Below, piece by piece: positions 1 to 11,676 of a stretch of DNA of 64,000 nt (its first letter is position 1; each line of letters starts with the position of its first letter). The notes beneath the pieces are model-generated. The model was not told the DNA's origin. It was given only the letters and a program-made list of their open reading frames with translations, and searched no databases. The translations under genes and the position numbers were made by a program. Source of the stretch: Camelus dromedarius (taxonomy: Eukaryota); assembly GCF_036321535.1 (NCBI RefSeq), contig NC_087436.1:63118001-63182000 (forward strand), read 5' to 3'.

Positions 1-830
1 AGCCATATCTTACATAGATTATGAAAATTTGTATTTTTCAAGGATTGTTCCATTTAATTTATGTAATGAAATTTACTGGTATATAGTTGTTCATATTCCT
101 TATTAGCTCTTCAATACATGTAGGATATAAAAACATATCCTCTGCTTCATTTGTGACTTTGTTAACTGGTGTTTTCTGTTTTCTTTTTGTAAGGCTTGTT
201 TGGAGTTTATTAATTTTTTCAAATTACCAAATTTACCCTTTCTTATTTTTCTCCATTTTCTGTTGGTTTTCAGATTAATAAACCCAAATTTAGGCTTTTT
301 ATTTAATTTTTTTGGTACTTATTTTGGGGCTTTTTTGTTATCTTTTTCTAGCTTCTAAGGAGGAACTTAGATTACTGATCTTACACTTCTGGGTTTTTTA
401 TCTCTTTTGTAATCATTTTTTAAATTGAAGTATAGTTAATTTACAATGTTGCATTAGTTTCTTGTGTACAGAGAAGTGATTCAGTATATATATATATATA
501 TACACACACACACTTTTTCAAATGCCATGATTTAAATTAAAACATTGCCTTTAATCACTGTTGCAGCTACATACTATAATTTTGATATGTTTATTGTTGT
601 TATTATTACTGAATTAAATATTTCAGAACTTCTATTGTGCTTGAGGAATTCTCCCCAGGTAGAGGGCTGTGGCAATACGAATTTTACCTCATAAGTGTTC
701 TTTTCTCAGGAATTATTGTCTTGCTCTGCCAGTTGTCCAAAGTCTAAAAACAGGGCCTCATATGCACTTTGTTGAGGGTTATAGCCATTTATGTCAGGCT
801 GACTAGTTTTCTACTAGCTATCCCAAGGTT
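1..830 (-). mobile_element. Old L1 (L1M-type) fragments: ORF2-like pieces and a 5'-region piece
   Basis: T-rich degenerate antisense L1-like sequence; 700-830 (ctcaggaattattgtcttgctctgccagttgtccaaagtctaaaaacag) resembles the L1MC/L1ME 5' region. Confidence 0.55.
416..522 (-). mobile_element. Short 5'-truncated L1 3' end with (TA)n(CA)n
   Basis: ttttttaaattgaagtatagttaatttacaatgttgcattagtttcttgtgtacag is a typical antisense laurasiatherian L1 3' terminus. Confidence 0.75.
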
Positions 831-1099
831 CTGAGAAAGCGGTTATCCCCTGATGAGTGACTTTTCATCATGCAGAATAAAATTTATTCATAGAACAATC
901 TGAAAAGACAGAAGAGATACTTTTGACAAGTTAAAAGAATAAACAAGTAGTGAAACTTTTAAGAAATAGTTTTCAGATATTTAGAGTATAAAACGTTTTC
1001 TATTGATTTTGAAAATAGCAAACATGCTACCTTGCAATATATGGCCTTTATTATGTTGAGGTATGTTCCCTCTATACCCAGTTTGTTCAGTTTCTGGTA

Positions 1100-1460
1100 T
1101 TTTTGATCCTAGAAATACAATGTAGAAAAGCAGTTTGGGGACATCTGCAAAAACCTGAATGCAGATGTGAATTTTACAAAACATTATAGAATTATTGTTA
1201 ACTTTCTTGGGAGCTGGTATGTTGTTAAATATTTAGGTGATGCATGCTGAAAATATTGAGTGAATAGTCATGTTATCTCTAAGCTTCTTTAAAAATGATT
1301 CAGATATATGTGTGTATGTGTATAAATGTGTGTGTATCAAACAACTATGGAACAATGCTAATTCATTTTTATTCAGGGTGGAGGATAAATGAAAACTGGT
1401 TGGTATTTTTTGTAATTTTTTAGTGTACTATAAAAATTTCCAAATGAAAAATAAATCTAA
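1100..1460 (+). mobile_element. L1ME-like 3' UTR fragment
   Basis: gaattattgttaactttctt...gatgcatgctgaaaatattgagtgaa...tgtgtg pattern of ancient L1 3' ends. Confidence 0.5.
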
Positions 1461-1499
1461 GATTTCAACATTATTTCTAATAATTACCAATATATTCTG

Positions 1500-1570
1500 C
1501 TGCCTAGAATGATGCCTGGAACATAGTAGGCACTAAGTAAATATTTGCTGAACAAAAAAATTACTGAATT
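1500..1570 (+). mobile_element. L2 3' end
   Basis: ctagaatgatgcctggaacatagtaggcactaagtaaatatttgctgaa matches the L2 terminal motif. Confidence 0.7.
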
Positions 1571-1769
1571 AATCAATTATAATCCTTTCATGTGGCTGGG
1601 AGATTAGGTATTTAATTATGAAAATAAACTAAAACTTATCTCACCATTGAAAAGTTACATAATAATAAAACTAAATTTTAAAATATAATTATATGTTACT
1701 ATACATATAAAACTATGGTTTATTTATTATAAATTTTATTATTATCATTATTACAATAAGTTATTTTAT

Positions 1770-1965
1770 TTTCATCATATCACTTGGTCTCTATAAAAAT
1801 CCTCTAATAGATTTAGATTCACTCTTTACACTTGAAAAGATTAAGGTACAAAAGAGATTAGATAACTTGTCTTAATGCCATGTACCTAGTAAGTGGCAAA
1901 TCTCAGACTCCTGCTAAACCATTTTGATTCTGTTGCTATTGTTCTTTTTATCACATTATGCTGTT
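1770..1965 (-). mobile_element. MIR SINE
   Basis: Antisense MIR core: tttacacttgaaaagattaaggtacaaaagagattagataacttgtcttaatgccatgtacctagtaagtggc. Confidence 0.6.
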
Positions 1966-1974
1966 ACTTTCTAA

Positions 1975-1978
<4 letters not shown>

Positions 1979-2007
<29 letters not shown>
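1979..2007. repeat. (TG)n microsatellite
   Basis: About 14 uninterrupted TG units. Confidence 0.95.
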
Positions 2008-2009
<2 letters not shown>

Positions 2010-3289
2010 AAGGAAACCAGGCAAATTCAGCTCACAAACAATGTTTGACTTGAAAATTACAGAAAAAAATACAGTTGTATTTACTCTTGACAAGGGAAAT
2101 GTGTTTGAGCATTAAGATACAAACCATTATTTAGTTGTAGCTCCTAGGCTGTAGTAGTCAGTGTCAACAGAGTTGAGTCCACGATTACTTTACCCATCTG
2201 TCTCATTTGACTGACAGTAATTGAGTTTGCTAAAGCTTAGAAATATTGTATCACTGTAATGGAGCTCTCTCATTTCACTTTTCTTGTAGTCTCCTCCTGC
2301 TACTCTGATGGAAGTTGAAGGGATTTTTTTGTTGATGTTCTTTTACATGTCAATTTTACTTTCAATCCACTGAGATTTCATTTCTGAAAATAGCATTTAC
2401 CAGGACACTACTGGAAGTGAACAATCAGCAACATAATGATTCACTTTGAATCAGGACTAAAAAATAATGTAATTCTCCTAAAATTCTTATGTATATATTT
2501 TACCATATAATGCAGATCAGAGAACTGTAACTACAAGAAAAAAAACAGTATAGAGCATCTTAAAAAAAGAGTCCCTTCCCATCAAGTGTGTGATTTATTG
2601 ATTTACAGCCAGGAGAATATCAATGTATTATAGTGAAGATATTATTTTTTTCTTTTGTGGACATTTTGCTGTCTTTTATTGCACAATAAATAAATTCACT
2701 GTCCACTGGCACATTCATAATTAGATGAGTAGCATTTTTCATGAGTTACTTTCTGCCATTAGTATTTAATTCTCATTACTCAGTTTTAATACTCACTAGT
2801 CCAAAAGGGTCACACCTAAACAGTGTCTACTCAGAGATGAAAGAGTCAGACTCAATCACAAGCCTAAAGGAAGCTTAGATATACTAATTTCACTACTCAA
2901 GAATTATCTAAGGGAGCTCTGGCAAATTGAAATATTAAGAAGATTGGCAGTATAACTATAGATTTAAATATGGGTATTTATTTCTCTTGTCTTTCATAAT
3001 TTCCCAAAATGTGTATTGTAGTAAGTGGTATAAAATTAGATAATCAGTTAAGAATGGCATTCTAATGAATTAGTGGTTGCTTACATAAATTAAAACAACA
3101 GTTCTATCATAATACTCCCATTTCCTAATGCATATTATGTTATGCTTTGGAAAAGTCTGTATACATTTTCACATAACAAAATAAAAATATAGTTTATATG
3201 GTATGAGAGCCTGGTGTTTCAGATAATTATGTTGGTATTAACTTGCACTAATTTCTAAATCAAAGAGTGCCCCTCTTATTTAGTCTCAT

Positions 3290-3490
3290 ACAATTTTTAT
3301 TGTCTTCATAGAACTTATTAACAATTAATACACATTAACTATTTGTTATTTTTTAATATGCTTTTTATGTCTCCCTAGACCACAGTTCCTTGGGTTAACC
3401 ACAGTTACATCCTAATGTTTAGCACAAGGCTTAACACAAAATGAGAACTTAATAAATGTTTGTTGGATGAATGATTGAGGGATTGAATAA
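3290..3490 (+). mobile_element. L2 3' fragment
   Basis: tgtctccctagacc...tttagcacaaggcttaacacaaaatgagaacttaataaatgtttgttggatgaatga. Confidence 0.65.
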
Positions 3491-3678
3491 ATAAATAAAA
3501 ATCTCATCCAACAAGAAACAGAGAAAAAATAATTTTGGGGACAATCACTAAAATTATGATTGCTTTTGTTTATGCCATGACTCTTCCCATTTATAATAAA
3601 TAAAAATTTAATTTCCATTTAGTCTCATAAAAATGTTCAAAAATAATGAATCACTTAGCAACAGGACATTCTCTGTAT

Positions 3679-3891
3679 CAAGAGTTGGCAAAATACACTC
3701 CACTGCCTATGCTTGTATATAAACTTTTATTGGAAAACTACTATTTATGCCCATTTGTTTACCAATGATCTACAGCTGACCTTGAGCTGCAATGGCAGTG
3801 ACAGGGAGCTGTGACAGAGCCTGCTCAGCCCTCAAAGGCTGAAATATTCATTATCTGGTCTTAATTCACAATCAGAGTTTGCTGGCCCTTG
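3679..3891 (+). mobile_element. MER58A-like hAT-Charlie MITE
   Basis: Degenerate TIRs caagagttggcaaa / tttgctggcccttg; internal taaacttttattggaa...gctgtgacagag...aaatattcattatctggtc. Confidence 0.8.
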
Positions 3892-5419
3892 CTAGCTACA
3901 TGTTGAAATAATATTTAAAAGCAATTAATTCACAATATTGTCAAATTCTCCCAGGTTCTTTCACTGTATATTATTTACTATTACTAATAACTTTTTTGGA
4001 ATAAACACTATTTAAAAATAACATTCTCAATGCATGGTTCTGTATGTTAATTAATAAGATTAATACCATAAATCTAAGCAATATGTTAAAAAGTATGCAT
4101 CACTTGCAAGACACTACTGTTCCACTCTTTACTTTGTCCTTATCTCGAAATTTAATCCTAAAAATAACAAGACTAAAACACTGACAACTACATGCATAAA
4201 AATGTTAATTATAATAACATCAATAATAGTCGTACACTAAGGTATGTCTACATACATCCAAAGAATGCTAATTTTGATGGTTTTACTTAATTAAATATCA
4301 TATAATTAAAAATATAAAAGTTACATAACAAATAGGCAATGACATAGGATACTAATAACTGAAGGGAAGAAGACAAAATTGTATCTATACAAACTATGCA
4401 TATTGAGGGACAAAAATGGAAATAGTCATTATAGGATAATGTATAATTTTTTTTCTATTGGCATATAGTATTTTTATTTGCCACTGTGTTTTGTGCTTAT
4501 ACATTTATTTTTAATGAATTGAAACATATCACTTTATATTAGTGTTTCTTTAAAAGGTGGTATGAAGGGAAATGAAGTACATACAGAATAATTTTATAGT
4601 TGAGCTTGAAAAATTACTTGTGTATGAATTACTGGAAGATCTTAATAATAGTATAAAAGAAAATCACAGAATATTAGGGCTGGAAGTAAGAGTTGATTTC
4701 ACTTACATTACAGAGGAAAAAAAAGTATAAATATGGTTAAGTGATGTTCCTGAAAAAGCATTGCTTATTAGTAGCTAAAATTGATCTACATCTGAAGTTT
4801 CCTATACTGTCAGGTGTTCTTATAATAAGCACCATTTTCTAGTGTTCTCACTTTAAGAAATAAATATAGTACAAAGAAAACATTTTATAATTTTCTAGTT
4901 ATTCAGTCTTATCAATAAAGTAGAAGTAATTTTTTGGTTTCTAATTTCAATGGAAAAATTTAGATGTTTTTGGGTTCATGAAAATCAAAAAATAAGCACA
5001 GGAGTCTATTAATATAAGCAAAAATAATACCATATGACCTCTCTATTTCAATTTCTATATATTTATTTCAATTACTTTGGCTTTGGGAAAGACACACAAC
5101 TTTCAATACCTCTTTCTTCATCTGCAAAACAAAAAAGTATCTGTACTCCCAAAGGAGTGTTTTAAATAATGCAGTCTTTATACTGAACAACATTATCAAA
5201 ATTTCATCACTTCAGTGACATTAGTTTTAATTCTTTAGGACACTGACACTAAACAGATTAAGTGAAATAAAGAATTAGTGAATTATAAAGATTTAAACTA
5301 TTATATTATATTTATTATATTTTAAACAGTCATATTTCTGTCATTTGACAACTCTATACTGAATGCATCAAATATAGGATACATTTACATTTTAAAATAG
5401 TATTATTTTTATGTTTTGT

Positions 5420-5960
5420 ATATGTATTTATTCGTAACATTCACTGATCCAAAAACAGTTTGAGACAATTTCAAGAATATATATACACAAGAAGATAAAA
5501 TAAATGCAACATAATGGAGGAAGAGAAATAAAGGGGAAATAGAAGCCAGAAATGAGATTAGGACAAAAAATATGGTTAAGACTAATGGATCATAAATTTG
5601 GTTCTATGTTCACTAACAGCGAAGGCAAAGGTGGAAGCAGCTCAACTGCAAAATTCTATACTATTTATAATCTAAATACAAGCAGTTAATGAGAAATAAT
5701 TGTTCTTTGTATGGATACCAGACTGATTCACTTATGGTTTTTCTTTCCCTCTGAAAAAAATATAGTAGAAAAAATATCCACAATAAGTATTGTTAAAACA
5801 AATATAGAAAGTAGTCTCAAAAGGCTAATTCTTAATCTACCCCTAAGTATAGGCCATGGTTTAATGGAAGATGCCAAAGGAGTGGACCAGACTAATCTCT
5901 CTGACAATCTGTATTACCTATTGAGAGATTTTAGGATGTCCAGAATAACGGATATTTAAT
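5420..5960 (-). mobile_element. L4 (RTE-X) ancient LINE fragment
   Basis: ccaaaaacagtttgagacaatttc...gaagccagaaatgagattag...taaatttggttctatgttcactaacagcgaaggcaaag resembles the recalled L4 3' consensus. Confidence 0.55.
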
Positions 5961-6624
5961 TCAAAAATTGCTATGTGTATATCTTACCTGAAATTTCTAT
6001 TGTGGAAACTGACAGAAAATTTGAAGCTGATAGTTTTGCTAATAAATGTCATCACCACATGCCTTAAAAGTGAACTAAGCTGAAGAAGAATTTGGCATTC
6101 TCCTATAAAATTAATCTGTTGAATGAAGGACTACAACTTAAGAGAAGTTCATATTATCTTTTCTAAGAAGTGTGTGGATGAAATAGCCATAAGAAACTCT
6201 TAAGATTATCTCAAAGAATCAACTTTTTTTAAATGCAAAATTTTTGTTTTAAAATGTTTTAAAATAGATGAAGTTGGAAACCGGCACTAGGAAACATACT
6301 GAGAAATCCGAGTAATTGTTTCTAGTATTAACCATTCCTTTTATGTTAGATGAACAAATGTCCATCTTTACACAAAATTTATATATGTAAATCAAGTTAA
6401 TAAAAATATCTCTTGGAAACATAAAACTTTCTGATGACTCCCACAATGTTATTGGTTAAAAATCTATGCCTGGTCACAGGAAAAAAAAAAAAAACAACTA
6501 TTACACAGCATTATAAGCTATTAGCAGTTAAAAGTTACAGTGGGGTGAGGAGGAGAGAACCTTGATAACCTTGACTTAACAAAAGTTGAATACTGGTAAG
6601 AGTTGATTATTGGTACCTTTTCTG

Positions 6625-7152
6625 TTTTCATTTGTTAAAAATTCACCACTGTTTCACCCCTCCTTTTATCCACATTCTATTGCAATGTGACCTCATAAAA
6701 CTTACCAAAATACGATGTCTACTCTCGCATCCTTGCAACTTAATTGGCCTTTTGATGTCTTTAATAGAAAGCAGTAAAAGTTTCAGTCCCAGTTCTGTGC
6801 ATAGGTTTCAAGAGGTCTTGTACAATCCTGTTTTATCTTTAATACTCTGCACTGCCATGTGAAAAAGCATGGACTATCCTGCTGGATGATGACACAAGCA
6901 TGATCTCATTACTTCTGTTATTCCAGAATACTGCTAATCATACATTAGACATGTGAGTGAGGCCTTACTTGACCAGTCATTCTCAGGCTACCAGTTGACC
7001 ACAGATCCTTGAGAAATCCCTGCCAAGCCTGCCCAAGAGAAGAGGGATTGCATAACAGCCTTATACTCTTATGAGAAATAATACATGTTTATTATTTTAA
7101 TCTGCTAAGTGTTTGGGGATGATTTGTCATGCAGCAATGGCTAACTGAAACA
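6625..7152 (+). mobile_element. MLT1 (ERVL-MaLR) solo LTR
   Basis: ttgcaatgtgac...ctgccatgtgaaaaagc...agacatgtgagtgaggcc...gatttgtcatgcagcaatggctaactgaaaca terminal motif. Confidence 0.75.
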
Positions 7153-7479
7153 TGTCTTTCCTAATAGTTTAAAAGGAAATCATATTTTCCATTAAAGTTT
7201 TGAGTATTGCAGTTTTGAGTAATTGATGATATAAAGCCACGTTATTATCACTTAGAAGACTGTTTTCCTCTCTTGCTCTTTTCTTTTTCTTACCTTATTT
7301 AGGAGAACAGTGAATGCAACTGATATAAAATTATTAGGAAAACTAAAAAGAAGGAAAGTTAGAATATCTTATTTTACTCAATTTGGAGTTATGATAGAAT
7401 TTTTCTAAAAATTATTTCCCTAGTTTCTTCCTATCCTTACCCTCATGCCTATACACTCACTTATTCCACATACTCTTTG

Positions 7480-7900
7480 ATACACATTGATCTGCCGTAG
7501 TCTTCTCCACAACATTCAATAACATCTATCTCATCTCATCTCAGACCTTTAAGTGTGTTGTTTCCTCAATATGAAATAATCTTATCTCTAATTTATCTAA
7601 CTCTTACCTATTGTTTAAAATTGAGATAAAAATCAGCTTTTCATAAAACTCTATGCTCAGTACTATTTGCCCAACATCATTTTTTTTTTAACAGTTTAAG
7701 TATTCTTGATGTGTTGCCATGGAACTCTGAATATAATATCATCATGTCATTCATGACAAATTTTAATTGGATCTTCAACTGGCTGTCTTCTGCTCAAAGA
7801 CTTGCAGGACTGAGAAAATGTTTCAATAATATTTTACTACCAAAACTTAGAAAAATGTGAAGTTCACAATGAGTGCTCAGTAACTGTTAAACATGTGAAT
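7480..7900 (+). mobile_element. L2 fragment
   Basis: ctcagacctttaagtgtgttgtttcctc...gagtgctcagtaactgttaaacatgtgaat. Confidence 0.5.
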
Positions 7901-7994
7901 TAAAGGTTAATTTAAAATTTAATTACACTAGTCTTAGTGACTGTTTTAGTATGCTTCACATCATTCTAAGTAAAGTCAAAATACATATGAACCA

Positions 7995-8575
7995 AGTATT
8001 CTTAATGCTAGCTTCAATAAAATATAAATCCTAAAATCTCAATGGTTTAATACAGTAGGAGTTTATTTCTAATTCATAAAGGATAAAAACATGTGTTCCT
8101 GATGGAAGTTAGTTAGAGTTTCTTAACCCTGGCTCTATTAATATTTTTGGCCTACATAATTCTTTGTTGTGGTTGACTGTTCTTACAGGATGTATAACAG
8201 CATTTACAGTCTCTACCAAATAAATTCCAATAGCACCTTCCTAGTTAAGATGACCAAAAATATCTCCAAGCTTTGCCAAAGGTCTCCTAATGGACAAAAT
8301 CAACCACAGTAGAGAACCACTGATATAAATGATTACAAGAATCCAACGTCCTACAATCTTATGGTTACAGTATCTTCAAAACATGACTTCCAAGTTCTCC
8401 AAGCTCTTATGCATCCAAGTGTTGAAGGAAAAGAGCAGGAGAATCAAATATGAGAGACTTCCATGGCCCATGCTTAAATATGGTGCAACTTCCTTTCACA
8501 CATATTCCACTGGATAGACACATGGACACATCCAATTGCAACAGAGATTGGGGAAGTGTAATTGTACTGTTTAGA
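7995..8575 (-). mobile_element. Old MLT1 LTR interrupted by MER20
   Basis: aaaatctcaatggtttaatacagtaggagtttatttct...cacatattccactgg...catggacacatccaattgcaacagagattggggaagtgtaatt. Confidence 0.6.
8114..8322. mobile_element. MER20 hAT-Charlie MITE
   Basis: tagagtttcttaacc...ataattctttgttgtgg...accaaaaatatctccaag...tagagaaccactg, collinear with recalled MER20. Confidence 0.8.
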
Positions 8576-8609
8576 TATATCTTCTAAACCAGGAACTATA
8601 TTTGTTAGA

Positions 8610-8930
8610 AACTGCTAGATGAGTCCATGTGACTAATTCTTTGTAAAAGTATGTGAGCATGAGAAATGTGTCACTTCTAGTATGAAACATTTAAGAAGTG
8701 CATGTGTCTTCTCCACATAATTTTTCACCAGTCATTAGCTGGTATGAATACACCCAAGCTCTTGGGCTTGGCAGTGACATACAATCTAAAATGCCTGAAC
8801 CACTGTATAGAAAGCCATCTTCCTAACACTCATGATGGTCCATTATATGAGAAAGAAATAAAGTTTTATTGTGCTAAGCCAGTACAATTTTGAGTACTGT
8901 TTGTGATATAAGGCAAGAAGCAGCATTAAG
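8610..8930 (+). mobile_element. MLT1-like LTR fragment
   Basis: ccatgtgactaattct...atgtgtcacttc...gagaaagaaataaagttttattgtgctaagccagtacaattttg. Confidence 0.6.
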
Positions 8931-9976
8931 TATGTACCACTCTAACTTTTCCAAGATTAGTGCTCACCACTGTCATTTTTCCTTAACCTTCTGTCCCATG
9001 TTGATGTTTCTATGTTTATACATTTCATTTTCAGTTAGTCTTCTCTCAAATAGCTTCATCAAAGAGAATGCATAGATTTTGCAATCTTGAGATTATAGCA
9101 TATTTTTTACAATACCTTCACTTTGTCCTGAAATTTCATCTTACTGACAAATAGTTATTTTTTGTTCATAGTTTATAAATGACACTTCAATGTCTTTCAG
9201 GGCTGTTAGTAAGAAATCCAATAACACAACTTATTTGTTAGTCTTGCAATGAAGCTAGAAAAAATGGTTTCTTTATTCTTACTGGTAAGGAAGTTCCCAA
9301 TAATCAATCTTGGAAATCAGTAAGGCCTTTAATTATCTTAATAACATTTTCTTCCACTATATTTTAATTCTGGCCTCTCTACCATCTGTACTTTATTTTT
9401 GCAGTGGAAAACATATTCCCAAATTTATAGTTCTGGATATATCCTCTGCCATTTTGTTTCACTTATGACTGTAGCCTGTTTATATTTGCATTCATTTCTT
9501 TGAAATATTTCATGTATTTAAACATTTTGGATGTCAACATCTTACTATGACCATCCTCTTTAATTGATCTATTCTTTTTTTTTTTTATTTTAATGCTTAA
9601 AAGTTGTCTTTCTCTCTTTCTTCCTTCCTTCTTCTAATTTCTTTCTGCTTCATTTCTTTTTTTAACCACAATACATTTATTTATTATTATTGAATGTCTC
9701 ATTTATCTCATCCAGAACTCTAGTTCACTGAGTTTGTGTTCTGATTTTCCAATATGATCTACTTTTCTTTGGTTGCTGCACCACCTATGTGGATTACTAA
9801 TTTATTTGCTAGCTCAGTGCATCTGGTGGTCTAAAGGTTGATTATTTGAATTATACAATGGAAATCATAAAAGAACTTGACCATATTTAGGAGAAACAAA
9901 GTAATCTACAGTCAGCCCTCTGAATCTGCTGTTTCCAAATCCACAAATTCAACTAACTGCAGATCAAAAACTATTC

Positions 9977-11287
9977 AAGCTCTTTATATATGTTAGATAT
10001 TACTCCCTTATCAGTCATATAACTTGCAAATATTTTCTCCCATTCAGTAGGTTGTCTTTTTGTTTTGTCTATGGTTTCCTTTGCTGTGTAAAAGCTTTTA
10101 AGTTTAATTAGATCCCATTTGTTTATTTTCACTTTTATTTCCTTTACTTTAGGAGACTGAGTCAAAAAATATTGCTACAATTTATGTCAAAGAGTGTTCT
10201 GCCTATGTTTTCCTCTAAGAATTTTATAGTATCCAGTCTTATATTTAGGTCTTTAATTCATTTTGAGTTTATTCTTATATATGGTGGAAGAAAGTGTTCT
10301 AATTTCGTTCTTTTACATGTAGCTGCCCAGTTTTCCATACCTATATAAACAGCTCATACAACTCAACATCAAAAAAAAAAAAAAATCTAAAAAAGGGGCA
10401 GAAGAATTGAATAGACATTTTTCCAAAGAGGAAATGCAGATGGCCTACAGGCCCATGCAAAGATGATCAACATCACTGATCATAAGGGAAATGCAAATCA
10501 AAACCACAATGAGATATCACTTGTATGTGTCAGAATGGTTATCATCAAAAAGTCTGCAAACAACAAATCATGGTAAGAAATGTGGAGAAAAGGGAACCCT
10601 TGTACACTGTTGGTGGGAATGTAAACTGGTGAAATCATTGTGGAAAACAGCATAGAGGTTTCTCAAAAAACTAAAAACAGAGCTATCACATGATCCAGCA
10701 CTTCCACTCCTGGGTACATAGCTGAAAAAAAACAGAAACACTAATTCAAAAAGATTCATTCACCCCAATGTTCATAGCAGCATTACTTACAATTGCTAAG
10801 ACACAGAAATAACCTAAGTGTCCAACGACAGATGAATGAATAAAGAAGATGTGTTGTATATTTTATATATAAAATATATATATACACATACACATACACA
10901 ATGGAATACAACTGGACCATAAAAAAGAATGGAATTTTGCCATCTGCAGCAACATGGATGGACATTAATGCTAAGTGAAATAAGTCAGATGGAGATAAAT
11001 ATTATATGTTATTGCTCATATGTGGAATCTAAAAAAAATAGAACAAACTAGTGAATATAAATAAAAGCAACAGATTCATAGACATAGAGAACAAACTAGT
11101 GGTTACCAGTGGGGAGGGGGGAGGGGCAATACAAGAGTAGGGAAGTGGAAGGTACAAACTACTGGATGTAAGATAGACTCAAGGATGTACTGTACAACAT
11201 GAGACATACAGTCAGTATTTTATAATAACTGTAGGAAAGTAACTTTTAAAATTTAATAAAAATTAAAAATTTTTAAAATAAAAAAAT
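9977..11287 (+). mobile_element. 5'-truncated L1 with 5' inversion (antisense ~9977-10337, sense ~10341-11287)
   Basis: ORF2 peptide [35 protein letters not shown] on the minus strand, then sense ORF2 C-terminus, 3'UTR, G-run and A-rich tail. Confidence 0.9.
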
Positions 11288-11327
11288 ACACCAAGAAAAT
11301 TCCAGACAATTTTAAAAAGTAAAATTT

Positions 11328-11676
11328 AACAGGGATGTTGGGGGGAGGGGGAATTGGATGAAAGCAATTAAAAGGTACAAACTTCCAGCTGTAAGATAAG
11401 TAAGTACTAGGGATGAAATATACAACATGATAAATATAATTACTACTGCTATGTGTTATACAGAAAAGTTGTTAACAGAGTAAATTCTAAGAGTTCTCAT
11501 CACAAGAAAAACATTTTTTCTATTCATTTAATTTGTACCTATATAAGATGATGGATATGCTCTAAACTTATTGTGATAATTACTTCATGAAGTATGTACA
11601 TTAAATTATTATGCTTTATACCTTAAACTCATACAATGTTCTATGTCAATTATCTCTCATTAAAATTGGAAAGAAA
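11328..11676 (+). mobile_element. L1MA9-like 3' UTR insertion with TSD
   Basis: aaggtacaaacttccagctgtaagataag...ccttaaactcatacaatgttctatgtcaattatctctc; flanks aaaaagtaaaattt (11314-11327) and aaaaagcaaaattt (11677-11690). Confidence 0.8.
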
